Shown: in pieces, positions 10,414-20,185 of the stretch
Numbering within the stretch: the stretch's first letter is position 1
Layout: each line of letters starts with the position of its first letter
Assembly (NCBI GenBank): GCA_965230895.1
Contig: OZ246394.1
Span: 505,316 to 569,315, forward strand
Reading direction: 5' to 3'
DNA length: 64,000 nucleotides
From: an uncultured Gammaproteobacteria bacterium
GTDB taxonomy: Bacteria > Patescibacteriota > Microgenomatia > Levybacterales > UBA12049
Position numbers and translations under genes: made by a program
The notes under the pieces: model-generated
What the model was told of the DNA's origin: nothing
Seen by the model: the letters and a program-made list of their open reading frames with translations, nothing else
The model's database searches: none

Positions 10414-10830
10414 ATGGATTTTATTCCTCAATCAAAGCAACCTAAAACCTGGGAAGAATTACAAAGTCTTACTGAATATATGTCAGACTGCGACCCACGT
10501 GAATTAAGACTAAAAGAAGATACTCAGTTTTATGATCTATATAAGGAGTTAGTGCCGAGAGAGATTGCTTTAGAGATTATTAAAAGGCAAATTGGAAATA
10601 ATTCTATTGCACTTATTAATAACAATTTTCCATATACAAGGACTTTAGAGTTACTTCCAAAGGTAAAGCATTATTGTTTGTGGTCATTAACGGGTCCACT
10701 GAATGAGGACACTATTAAAGAAGTAGTAGGCTCAAAGTTTCCAAAAAAAGATTGGTGTAAATCAGAGAGAAAACTCAATTTTAAATCCGTCCCTGAAATG
10801 TGGCATTGTCATATATTTGTTAAGAACTAA
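10414..10830 (+). CDS. Hypothetical protein
   Basis: ORF only. Co-directional with and immediately downstream of the cytidylyltransferase-like gene. Confidence 0.4.
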   Translation: MDFIPQSKQPKTWEELQSLTEYMSDCDPRELRLKEDTQFYDLYKELVPREIALEIIKRQIGNNSIALINNNFPYTRTLELLPKVKHYCLWSLTGPLNEDTIKEVVGSKFPKKDWCKSERKLNFKSVPEMWHCHIFVKN

Positions 10831-11978
10831 TATATGCTTGTAAGCATATTTTTTACTTGCTCTGCACTTATAACTACAGGAGTATTAGCTGCTCTGTTAG
10901 TATAAAAACTTTCCTTAACTATTAAGTCTATACCTGACTTAATTATTCCTAATTCTGACAATTTTGTCTTTAAGCCAATTTCTTTAATTAATCTTTTTAT
11001 TAATTCTTCAGCCTCATTATGTGCAGTAACATTTAGAGCTTTTAATAAATCGTGCTCAATTCTTGGAGAAAGCTTAGGAAGAAATAATTTCAGGAATGAT
11101 GGCATTGTTAATGCTACTGCTTGGCCGTGTTGTATATTCCAATGTGCAGTTATCGGATAAGATACCGCATGACAAATAGTTGTTTGAGTATTTGAAAAAG
11201 CCAAACCACTATATAATGAACCTAAAGCCATATTATCTCTTACAAGAACATTGGGAGAATGTACAGCATTGGAAATACTATTAATAATAAGCTCAATAGC
11301 TTTTAAAGAATATCTTCTTGTTACACTATTACTATTTATATTCCAATATGATTCTATTGCTTGGCATAGGGCGTCAATTCCTGATGTAGCTGAGATGGAC
11401 GGGCTTAAATCATCAGTAAGCGAAGGATCTATTATTGCATAGTCAGGAAACATGTATTCGGAAGTAAGTGAGTATTTCTTCTTATCATCACCCCATACAG
11501 TAGCCCATGGTGTCACTTCACTCCCTGTACCTGATGTTGTTGGAACAGCAATTAGTTGTAATCCTTTATGTGTCAGTTGTCTAGATTTGTTTTTAATATA
11601 ATCTTCTAATAATCCATCATGCTCTGCTAATATACATGCAGATTTTACTACATCTATGATTTTGCCACCTCCAATTGCTATCACTGAATCAAACTTATTC
11701 TTTCTTAAATATTTGGCAAGTTCATCAATAGTTTTATTGTTAGATTTTAGGATTTTCCCTGTATACAAAGTAAAACTAATTGCTCTTTTTAGTTGATCAA
11801 ATTTAGCTGTAGTTTTAAAATGCTCTCCACAAACAATTAAAATTGAAGTATCATTTGAAGTGATTTTATTTAACCTTTCTTCTAAGATATCTCTGCCATA
11901 GTATACTTTCACTGGCATAAAGTAATTCTTAGTTTTTTTAGGAGGAATATACATGTTACCTAAATTTTTCAATTTCAT
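10827..11978 (-). CDS. Iron-containing (group III) alcohol dehydrogenase. Candidate phosphonoacetaldehyde reductase (FomC/PhpC-like).
   Basis: Fe-ADH motifs IGGGKIIDVVK and VPTTSGTGSEVTPWA. Overlaps the ppd stop, so it is in the same operon. Confidence 0.75.
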   Translation of the reverse strand: MKLKNLGNMYIPPKKTKNYFMPVKVYYGRDILEERLNKITSNDTSILIVCGEHFKTTAKFDQLKRAISFTLYTGKILKSNNKTIDELAKYLRKNKFDSVIAIGGGKIIDVVKSACILAEHDGLLEDYIKNKSRQLTHKGLQLIAVPTTSGTGSEVTPWATVWGDDKKKYSLTSEYMFPDYAIIDPSLTDDLSPSISATSGIDALCQAIESYWNINSNSVTRRYSLKAIELIINSISNAVHSPNVLVRDNMALGSLYSGLAFSNTQTTICHAVSYPITAHWNIQHGQAVALTMPSFLKLFLPKLSPRIEHDLLKALNVTAHNEAEELIKRLIKEIGLKTKLSELGIIKSGIDLIVKESFYTNRAANTPVVISAEQVKNMLTSIY

Positions 11979-13062
11979 TCATAAACAATTCTTTTACTTC
12001 AGGCGCAGAGTATTTTTCTGAGACACGCATAGATTTATGTGTAGTATTAAAGTTTATTTTAATATGTAGAAACACACTTTTATTTTTAGCTTCTTGTATT
12101 TTAGTTAATGCTGTTTGAAGCTGGTCTTTAGTTTTTACAAGTTCAATTATTTCAAATCCAAATGCTTTTGCTAATAAAGCAAAATTAACCTTTTTTGAAA
12201 CGGTTGGCTGGCAACCTGTACTCTCACACACCTCATTATCTAAAACAATATAAACTAAGTTTTTGTGCTTGTATGGATCAAATGATCCCATACCACCTAA
12301 ATGCATGAGAGATGACGCATCTCCATCCAAAATAATGGTTCTTTCCTTAGTATTTTCAGCGACACCTAATCCAAGGGCTAAAGTATGCCCCATAGATCCC
12401 ATCATATAAAAATCTTTTGTAGGATTCACAGTAAAAGAATCTCTTGAAGGAAATCCTGTTGATGAAATAAATAAAGAATTAGATGCTAACTGCTCTTTTA
12501 TTTTTTGAACAACTTCATATCTATCCATTTCATATCCATTATCCATTGGTTCTAATTTATATTCATCAAAAGTGTTTTTCTTTACAATTAATGCCACTGG
12601 CTTATTCGTTTTTCTAGCTTTAGTAGCCAACCTTTCAATTTGTTCTGAGTATAACTGATCATCTATAATTTCATATGGTATTTGGAATGTGTCCATAATT
12701 TTTTCTAAATTTTCTCCAACGACATCGTGCTCAGGAGCATCTGCACCTACGCCACCTTCACCTCTCCAAGTGACAACATAAAAAACTGGTATTTGATAAA
12801 TCTGATTCAATGAGGTTAACGCATTCAAGGTATTCATTAAGCCTGAATTTTGCATCATGACAATGGGTAGCTTTCCTGTACTCAAATAATGACCAGATGC
12901 TATTCCCATAGCAAGTCCTTCGTTAACAGGATTGATAACATTCATAGAATTAGTCGCTATGATGTAGTTGAGCAAGTTCTTAAAGTAAGAACAAGGAACT
13001 TGAACGAGTGGTCCCAAGTTATTCTTAATTAATGCATTTGTGAAATCTTTTGGTTTAATCAT
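11956..13062 (-). CDS. ppd: Phosphonopyruvate decarboxylase (thiamine-diphosphate dependent)
   Basis: TPP-binding ILDGDASSLMHLGGMGS ... VLDNE. About 370 aa. Directly follows pepM. Confidence 0.75.
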   Translation of the reverse strand: MIKPKDFTNALIKNNLGPLVQVPCSYFKNLLNYIIATNSMNVINPVNEGLAMGIASGHYLSTGKLPIVMMQNSGLMNTLNALTSLNQIYQIPVFYVVTWRGEGGVGADAPEHDVVGENLEKIMDTFQIPYEIIDDQLYSEQIERLATKARKTNKPVALIVKKNTFDEYKLEPMDNGYEMDRYEVVQKIKEQLASNSLFISSTGFPSRDSFTVNPTKDFYMMGSMGHTLALGLGVAENTKERTIILDGDASSLMHLGGMGSFDPYKHKNLVYIVLDNEVCESTGCQPTVSKKVNFALLAKAFGFEIIELVKTKDQLQTALTKIQEAKNKSVFLHIKINFNTTHKSMRVSEKYSAPEVKELFMNEIEKFR

Positions 13063-13899
13063 TTATGTACCCTCTTTATCTCTACTAACAGTTTCAAGCA
13101 TTCCTACTGTCTCAAATAATGTGCTTATTTCTACACATTTTTCTTCAGCTTCTGTTGATCTATCATTCAATAATATACTTTTACATACTTCTTCCATGGC
13201 CTTATATGCTGATCTCAAAAGATGATTTGCATAGATGATAATATTGAATCCTTCTTTCGCTAATTCTGATGCAGTAATCGCATTGTAAGTTGTAGGAACA
13301 CATACTAATACCTTTCCTCTTGTTAAACTTTCAGGAAGTAATTTATATTGTCTTGCAAACTCAATAATTTCATCTGGTGCTTTCGACTTAGAATGAATCA
13401 TTATGCCATCTGCACCCGCCTTTAAAAATGCCTCAGCGCGTGCTATAGCATCTTTGACTGTTTCACCTGAGATTAAACTTTCAAGTCTAGCTACAATCAT
13501 AAAATCATCGCTCTGTTTTGCTTCAATACCTCTTTTTATTTTTCTTGAAAATACTTCAATGCTTTCTAGATTTTGATTTGTTTCCGCAAAACTATTTCTT
13601 TTAGGAAAGACTTTATCTTCGATAATTACCATAGATGCTCCAGCACGCTCCAATCTACGTACTAAGTATTCGAAGTGATTAATATCTCCTCCACTGTCAC
13701 CATCCACAATCATTGGCTTCGTAGTTACATCTAAGATTTGATGAATTGTATGAAGTCTCGAATCAGAGCTAACAAGTTCTATATCTGGCAATCCTTTCGA
13801 AGCAGAATCTGTCAAGCTGCTCTCCCAGAATCCATCAAAAGAATATTCTGCTGAGTTTTTAGTAATACTAATATTAGCAATATAAATTAGAAAAAACAA
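13063..13899 (-). CDS. pepM: Phosphoenolpyruvate phosphomutase (PEP mutase)
   Basis: Diagnostic EDKxxxxxNS motif (IIEDKVFPKRNSF). Extended colinear similarity to known PepM (GFWESSLTDSAS, MIVARLESL, AGADGIMIHSK, IIIYANHLLRS). Confidence 0.9.
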   Translation of the reverse strand: MFFLIYIANISITKNSAEYSFDGFWESSLTDSASKGLPDIELVSSDSRLHTIHQILDVTTKPMIVDGDSGGDINHFEYLVRRLERAGASMVIIEDKVFPKRNSFAETNQNLESIEVFSRKIKRGIEAKQSDDFMIVARLESLISGETVKDAIARAEAFLKAGADGIMIHSKSKAPDEIIEFARQYKLLPESLTRGKVLVCVPTTYNAITASELAKEGFNIIIYANHLLRSAYKAMEEVCKSILLNDRSTEAEEKCVEISTLFETVGMLETVSRDKEGT

Positions 13900-14087
13900 T
13901 AACTAATATATTTTATTAATACATAAATCTATTTTAAAAACACCTGAAGAAGCTTGACTTTAGATTTACTTAAAAAAATTATATGCTTTAGTGAAGTTAA
14001 GAGTAAAAAGTTTAGTTTAGTTTAGCTTGTTCGATCGACCCACACTTTAGATTGATATGACTTGCTAAATTGATTGAGGCAAAATCT

Positions 14088-14163
14088 TGGGGTGGCTGAC
14101 GGGAATCGGACCCGCGACATTCAGTACCACAAACTGACGCTCTACCCCTGAGCTACAGCCACC
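14088..14163 (-). tRNA. tRNA-His (GTG) with encoded G-1 and encoded CCA
   Basis: Cloverleaf folded by hand. Acceptor GTGGCTG/CAGCCAC, D-arm GCTC-AGGGGTA-GAGC, anticodon arm TCAGT-TTGTGGT-ACTGA, discriminator C, 5' extra G pairing with C73. Confidence 0.85.
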
Positions 14164-14164
14164 A

Positions 14165-14410
14165 TTATTTGAAGAGTTCGTTTCTAATTTCTCTTCCGAC
14201 ACCACTTTTAAAGTATTTTTCTAATTCTCTCGCTTCTGCTCTACTTTGAACTATCTCTACATGAACTAATATAAATGGTCCTCTATGCAAGGTTGATGGT
14301 GTTGAATGAGTTCCTTGATTGTGCTGATCCATTCTTCTACCGATATCATTAGTGATACCTGTGTAGAATTTACCATCTTTTACGCTCTTAATTATATAGC
14401 AGAAATACAT
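14165..14410 (-). CDS. Mini GIY-YIG nuclease-domain protein (81 aa), paralog 1
   Basis: YFCYII...GKFYTGIT...RRMDQH matches the GIY-x10-YIG N-terminal motif. Abuts tRNA-His. Confidence 0.8.
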   Translation of the reverse strand: MYFCYIIKSVKDGKFYTGITNDIGRRMDQHNQGTHSTPSTLHRGPFILVHVEIVQSRAEARELEKYFKSGVGREIRNELFK

Positions 14411-14414
14411 AGAT

Positions 14415-14458
14415 CTCTACCCCTGACCTGCCTGCCGTCAGGCAGGGCTACAGCCACC
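14415..14458 (-). repeat. Duplicated copy of tRNA-His nt -1..23 interrupted by a perfect 8-bp/4-nt-loop hairpin. It is a direct repeat of 14140..14163.
   Basis: ctctacccctga + cctgcctgccgtcaggcagg + gctacagccacc. The outer 24 nt are identical to the 5' part of the adjacent tRNA-His gene. Confidence 0.85.
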
Positions 14459-14526
14459 ATTTGTATAGATAAGTATACCAATTTTTGAATTAAGTTTAAA
14501 GTACCAACTTATAGTATAATACTAGC

Positions 14527-15075
14527 ATGAAAGAAGGTTATATAGGCGGTCCAACTGGTGGAGTTCCTGAAACTATTTTTAGACGAAATTTTGGAAAAAA
14601 TCCTGTAAAAGGTGCATCAGGCGCAGAATTGTTTTGTGAAGTTCGTGAAAGAAAGATTGAGGTTAGATCAACAGAAGAGTCTTATAAATGGACGAGATTC
14701 TTTGGTCAAGTTTCATATGACGGAATATTGGGCTTAAATATTTTAAATCGGGGAATTTTTAATAATCAACCACGACATCCTGATGTTTATGCAGCAAAGT
14801 TAGTGGAACGCTTTGTAGAATTTACAGGTGATAACGGATATCCCGTGTCAGCTATTGATGGGAGATGGCTAGAATCTGGAATGAATAGTAAAACATTTAG
14901 AAACTATTTAGATACTATTGCCCAAGAACGAGAAATTAGTCCACAAGACGAATTAGATGCAGCGAGAATGACTTGGACTGGAGCGTTGGCACATCGACTA
15001 GGATATGCGAACACTGAAGTTATTGATAATGGGAGACAGTCAAATGTCGTGTGGGCAAGATTTCGAAGAAGCTAA
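14527..15075 (+). CDS. Hypothetical protein
   Basis: ORF only. No recognisable motif. Confidence 0.4.
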   Translation: MKEGYIGGPTGGVPETIFRRNFGKNPVKGASGAELFCEVRERKIEVRSTEESYKWTRFFGQVSYDGILGLNILNRGIFNNQPRHPDVYAAKLVERFVEFTGDNGYPVSAIDGRWLESGMNSKTFRNYLDTIAQEREISPQDELDAARMTWTGALAHRLGYANTEVIDNGRQSNVVWARFRRS

Positions 15076-15076
15076 G

Positions 15077-15595
15077 TTAATGATTCCTGATTGATTCTTC
15101 TGCACGATCAATATCACTCGCAATATCTAATTCACGGGGGTGTTCTTCATCTTCGTCCATTTGTGTTCCAACAGCTTGTGCAGCATCAAGTGTATCATCA
15201 TCTGAAGTAGGATCAGTTTCACTTCCACTTATAGATTGTTGGCCTTGATTGGATGGATGATTAAATGGCGCAGACTCAGTATTAATCTCATCACTTCCGG
15301 GAGAATCATCTCCAGAAGCATTTTGAATATTAACCGTATAAGGTATACTTCCTCCATGATTTTTATCTGAGGGCATATCTACGTCTTCTTCAGAAGCAAT
15401 GTCCATACTTTCCTTATATTTTGCATCAGACATAGTCCGTGCAGGATAATCTTGCGAAGTTTGTTGTGATGAGTTTTTATTTGATGTTATACCTGATAAA
15501 CCTGTTGCGTCTCCTAGGAAACCTTCGGCATTTGTTGTCGGGTCGAGTGGTTGAGCCATTGCTCCGCCACCCTTTTTACCTTTGTCATTATTCAT
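15077..15595 (-). CDS. Hypothetical acidic Ser/Asp/Glu-rich low-complexity protein
   Basis: ORF with a Gly-rich N-terminus and an acidic disordered body. Confidence 0.4.
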   Translation of the reverse strand: MNNDKGKKGGGAMAQPLDPTTNAEGFLGDATGLSGITSNKNSSQQTSQDYPARTMSDAKYKESMDIASEEDVDMPSDKNHGGSIPYTVNIQNASGDDSPGSDEINTESAPFNHPSNQGQQSISGSETDPTSDDDTLDAAQAVGTQMDEDEEHPRELDIASDIDRAEESIRNH

Positions 15596-15657
15596 AAATC
15601 TTATACTAAAGGCACAGCATAAAATTTATATGATGATTACGTAAAAATGCAGTAAGA

Positions 15658-16455
15658 TTAAAGTGCCGTCTCCTGTATCTTTATTGGAAGATCTATTAAA
15701 TCCAATTTAGTCATAATCTTTCGGATAACAGTTGTCTGGCCAGTAGTATAAATATCGTAAAATCGCTCATTCGTTTTTGTGGCAATCTGATTATTTTCAA
15801 TAATTTGTTTTACTCTCCTTGCTATAGCTGCACCAGAATTGAGTAAATGAACATGTTTCCCAAGATGTTCCTGAATAGCTGTTGCTATCAACGGATAATG
15901 AGTACATCCCAAAGCCAATGTATCAATTTTTTCTTTTTTAAATTTGTCCAATACGTTTTCCAATTGCTCATCGATTTCTTTCCCATAAGTTATTCCTTTC
16001 TCGATGAGAGGAACTAATCCATCTGTTCCATAATTAAAGACTGCGCAATCGTTCGCAAATTCAGCGATAATCTTTTTCTGATAATCACTCTTTGCAGTCT
16101 GCGTTGTTGAAAGTATACCGATACGTTTATTGACTGTTACTTCAGCAGCAGTTTTAACTACAGGAACTGCTCCCACAATCGGAACATGATGATAGTCTTT
16201 ACGTAATTGATCGATGCAAGAGACTGTTATTGTATTGCAAGCGATAACAATAATCTTCACTTCTTTCTTCAGTAAAAAGTTTATGAGTTCTCTCGCGCGA
16301 GAATAAATCTCGTCTTTTGTTTTGGTCCCGTATGGTGTATTTGCAGAATCTCCAATATAGATAATTGATTCGTGAGGAAGCAGCTCGATTATCTCTTTGG
16401 CAACCGTTAAGCCGCCTATTCCTGAATCTAAAATGCCAATTGGTTTGTCATTCAT
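15658..16455 (-). CDS. murI: Glutamate racemase
   Basis: IGILDSGIGGLTV, DSANTPYG, ACNTIT and GCTHYPL catalytic Cys motifs. Confidence 0.92.
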   Translation of the reverse strand: MNDKPIGILDSGIGGLTVAKEIIELLPHESIIYIGDSANTPYGTKTKDEIYSRARELINFLLKKEVKIIVIACNTITVSCIDQLRKDYHHVPIVGAVPVVKTAAEVTVNKRIGILSTTQTAKSDYQKKIIAEFANDCAVFNYGTDGLVPLIEKGITYGKEIDEQLENVLDKFKKEKIDTLALGCTHYPLIATAIQEHLGKHVHLLNSGAAIARRVKQIIENNQIATKTNERFYDIYTTGQTTVIRKIMTKLDLIDLPIKIQETAL

Positions 16456-16500
16456 GAGGTGAGTTATTATTGCATTTTATTTGAATACTTGTCAAAATAA

Positions 16501-16836
16501 TTGCAGAGTCATATGAAACAACAAATTCATGCACCTGAAATGTTCAAATGGGTTTTGGGATTTTTTATATTACTTTGGCTTGCTGGATTTATCCAAATTC
16601 CACTTTTTAATACTCCCCTCTTTCATGTTTTTGGACGTGCATTCACAGTTCATCACTTATTAATTCTTTTGCTCTTAGGATATGCTATCCGGTTTTTGCC
16701 AGGAATTTTGCAAACAATTGTCGCAATCTTTATCGGTATCTGGCTACTTTCAACGTTCATCTTCCCTGCATTTGGAGGAATAGTTTATATTCTTCTTATA
16801 ATACTTGTACTTTATTTACTCTTTTCTTTTATTTAG
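16501..16836 (+). CDS. Small polytopic membrane protein, hypothetical
   Basis: Highly hydrophobic 111-aa ORF. Confidence 0.4.
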   Translation: MQSHMKQQIHAPEMFKWVLGFFILLWLAGFIQIPLFNTPLFHVFGRAFTVHHLLILLLLGYAIRFLPGILQTIVAIFIGIWLLSTFIFPAFGGIVYILLIILVLYLLFSFI

Positions 16837-16839
16837 GTC

Positions 16840-17403
16840 ATGCAACAACTTCATCCGAAAGTATTACTACTTTTCTTTGTTAAAAATTTTCTTGCGACAT
16901 TTTACGTTATTCCTATTTGGTTTATTGCGGTAGCAGTATTCCAACAGGTTTGGGCTGAGGATATATCCTTTTTGCCCCTCGATGATATTGTTTTGATTTT
17001 GTATGGAGCTGGCGTTATTTTCTTTGCCATGCTTATTTTTGCTTGTTATTATTGGGCTGCTTTAACCTTTACTCATTTTACCTATACTCTTGAAAGTGAT
17101 GGATTGCATATTGATCGAGGAGTTTTCTTTAAGAGACATCTTGTCATCGGATACAATCAAATTGAAGATGCAATCGTTTTTATGAACCCTATTGTCGTTC
17201 GAGCGCTCGGGCTTTATACTCTTACGATTAAGACACGACAACAAGAAAATACTGTAGGTATTTTTAATAAATCGATTACAGAAAAAATTCCCGGGCTTAC
17301 GGCAGAGACAGTAAATCAACTACGAAATGATTTAATAAAACTTTCACATGTACAACCTGTTCAGAGAAAATTCTTCGATCCTGTTTCTGGAAAATATCAT
17401 TAA
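16840..17403 (+). CDS. Membrane protein with bacterial PH domain (bPH_2/YdbS-like)
   Basis: Two N-terminal TM segments then YTLESDGLHIDRGVFFKRHLVIGYNQIEDA, typical of DUF304/bPH_2. Confidence 0.6.
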   Translation: MQQLHPKVLLLFFVKNFLATFYVIPIWFIAVAVFQQVWAEDISFLPLDDIVLILYGAGVIFFAMLIFACYYWAALTFTHFTYTLESDGLHIDRGVFFKRHLVIGYNQIEDAIVFMNPIVVRALGLYTLTIKTRQQENTVGIFNKSITEKIPGLTAETVNQLRNDLIKLSHVQPVQRKFFDPVSGKYH

Positions 17404-17423
17404 CACGCAAACTTTCCTCTTGA

Positions 17424-18749
<1,326 letters not shown>

Positions 18750-18820
18750 ATTGAATCTTTTCTGACAATTATTTTCCTCATTGTCATTTTATCGACTTAC
18801 TATTACAATGTAGGGGTAAA

Positions 18821-19819
18821 ATGATTCGGTTGAAAACGCAGGCAAAAACCCGTAGAAAATCCTCAAAAAAAGAAAACTATTTAAAGAAATTATCATTTAA
18901 TTTTGCATCTCAGAGTGTTGTAATTTTTCTTGTTGTAGCGTTCTTTGGTTTTGAAATCTTCCTTGCACCCACTGCAACTGCAGACCAACTTCCTATAACA
19001 AAACCAACCAATGTGACAATTGCATCAAATTTGTTAGTCTCTCCAACACCTGAACCGACAATTTCACTTCCATTAATGGAAGATTTATCTGAATCTTTAA
19101 AACCTGAAATAACTTCAGAAGCTGCAAAAATTGGACCTTCACAGGCAGAAGATTATTGTATGAATGTTCCTGTCGTTATGTACCATCATGTCCAACCACT
19201 TGATATGTCTGATCTTCTTGGCCACAAAGCACTTACACTTGATAGCACAATCTTTGACGAACAAATGCAATATCTTTCTGATCAAGGATATAAAGCACTT
19301 GCTGCTGAAGACCTGGTCAATGCCTTAGAAACAAGACAACCTCTTCCTGAAAAAAGCATTATCATCACAATTGATGACGGCTATGATGATAATTACACAT
19401 ACGCTTTTATGTCTGCAAAAAAGCATCATATGATTATGAATTTTATGATCCCAACTGGACTTATCGGTAAATCAGGATATATGAATTGGGATCATTTGAA
19501 AGAAATGCATGCAAATCCTTACGTTCGAATTTATAACCATACCACATCGCACGCTCCGCTTGGCTTGATTGATAAAGATAAAATCACAATGGAAGTCAAA
19601 ACAGCAAATGAACAGTTGGCCGCAGAACTCGGTTTGGATAATAAAATCGTTACCTATCCTTATGGATCATACGATGATGAGGCCGTCGAGGATCTGAAAG
19701 AACTTGGAATGACAGCAGCTTTTACTACTGATATGGGAACAGAACAATGTCTTTCAAAAATCATGACCCTCCCACGACTCAGAATCGGAAACGCCCCAAT
19801 GAGCGACTACGGTTTCTAA
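18821..19819 (+). CDS. Polysaccharide deacetylase (NodB homology) with N-terminal TM anchor
   Basis: IIITIDDGYDDNYTYAF NodB motif 1. His-containing downstream motifs. Confidence 0.75.
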   Translation: MIRLKTQAKTRRKSSKKENYLKKLSFNFASQSVVIFLVVAFFGFEIFLAPTATADQLPITKPTNVTIASNLLVSPTPEPTISLPLMEDLSESLKPEITSEAAKIGPSQAEDYCMNVPVVMYHHVQPLDMSDLLGHKALTLDSTIFDEQMQYLSDQGYKALAAEDLVNALETRQPLPEKSIIITIDDGYDDNYTYAFMSAKKHHMIMNFMIPTGLIGKSGYMNWDHLKEMHANPYVRIYNHTTSHAPLGLIDKDKITMEVKTANEQLAAELGLDNKIVTYPYGSYDDEAVEDLKELGMTAAFTTDMGTEQCLSKIMTLPRLRIGNAPMSDYGF

Positions 19820-19825
19820 ACCTTC

Positions 19826-19854
19826 GTCATTGCGAGCGTAGCGCGGCAATCTCA
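19826..19854. repeat. Left 29-bp terminal inverted repeat of the GIY-YIG cassette
   Basis: gtcattgcgagcgtagcgcggcaatctca. Its reverse complement recurs at 20149..20177 with one mismatch. Confidence 0.85.
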
Positions 19855-19855
19855 T

Positions 19856-20143
19856 TTAAAGAATCTTCTTATATAAATCTTCCCACTCAGGATTCACGTT
19901 TTCTATTAATATTACTTTCTTTTTTCGCGATCCTGATTTTAATTGTTTTTCTCTAAGAATTGCTTCTTCTATTTCCTGATATTGTTCGTAATAAACTAGT
20001 TTATTGACATTATATTTTTGAGTAAATCCTTTTGTTGTCTTATGTTTATGTTGGTATACACGCTTTAGAAGATCACTACAAACTCCAATATAGAGTGTTG
20101 TATTCCATTCGTTGGTCAATATATAAATATATGAATACTTCAT
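19856..20143 (-). CDS. Mini GIY-YIG nuclease-domain protein (95 aa), paralog 2
   Basis: YSYIYILTNEWNTTLYIGVCSDLLKRVYQH GIY-YIG motif. Flanked by inverted repeats. Confidence 0.8.
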   Translation of the reverse strand: MKYSYIYILTNEWNTTLYIGVCSDLLKRVYQHKHKTTKGFTQKYNVNKLVYYEQYQEIEEAILREKQLKSGSRKKKVILIENVNPEWEDLYKKIL

Positions 20144-20148
20144 TATTG

Positions 20149-20177
20149 TGAGATTGCCACGCTACGCTCGCAATGAC
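20149..20177. repeat. Right 29-bp terminal inverted repeat of the GIY-YIG cassette
   Basis: tgagattgccacgctacgctcgcaatgac is the reverse complement of the left repeat (28/29 match). Confidence 0.85.
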
Positions 20178-20185
20178 GGGTATAC

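Noticed and set aside
13900-14087. tttag x3 tandem repeat and AT-rich stretch upstream of pepM as a regulatory element or riboswitch
   Set aside because: Simple short tandem repeat in promoter DNA, with no conserved structure discernible.
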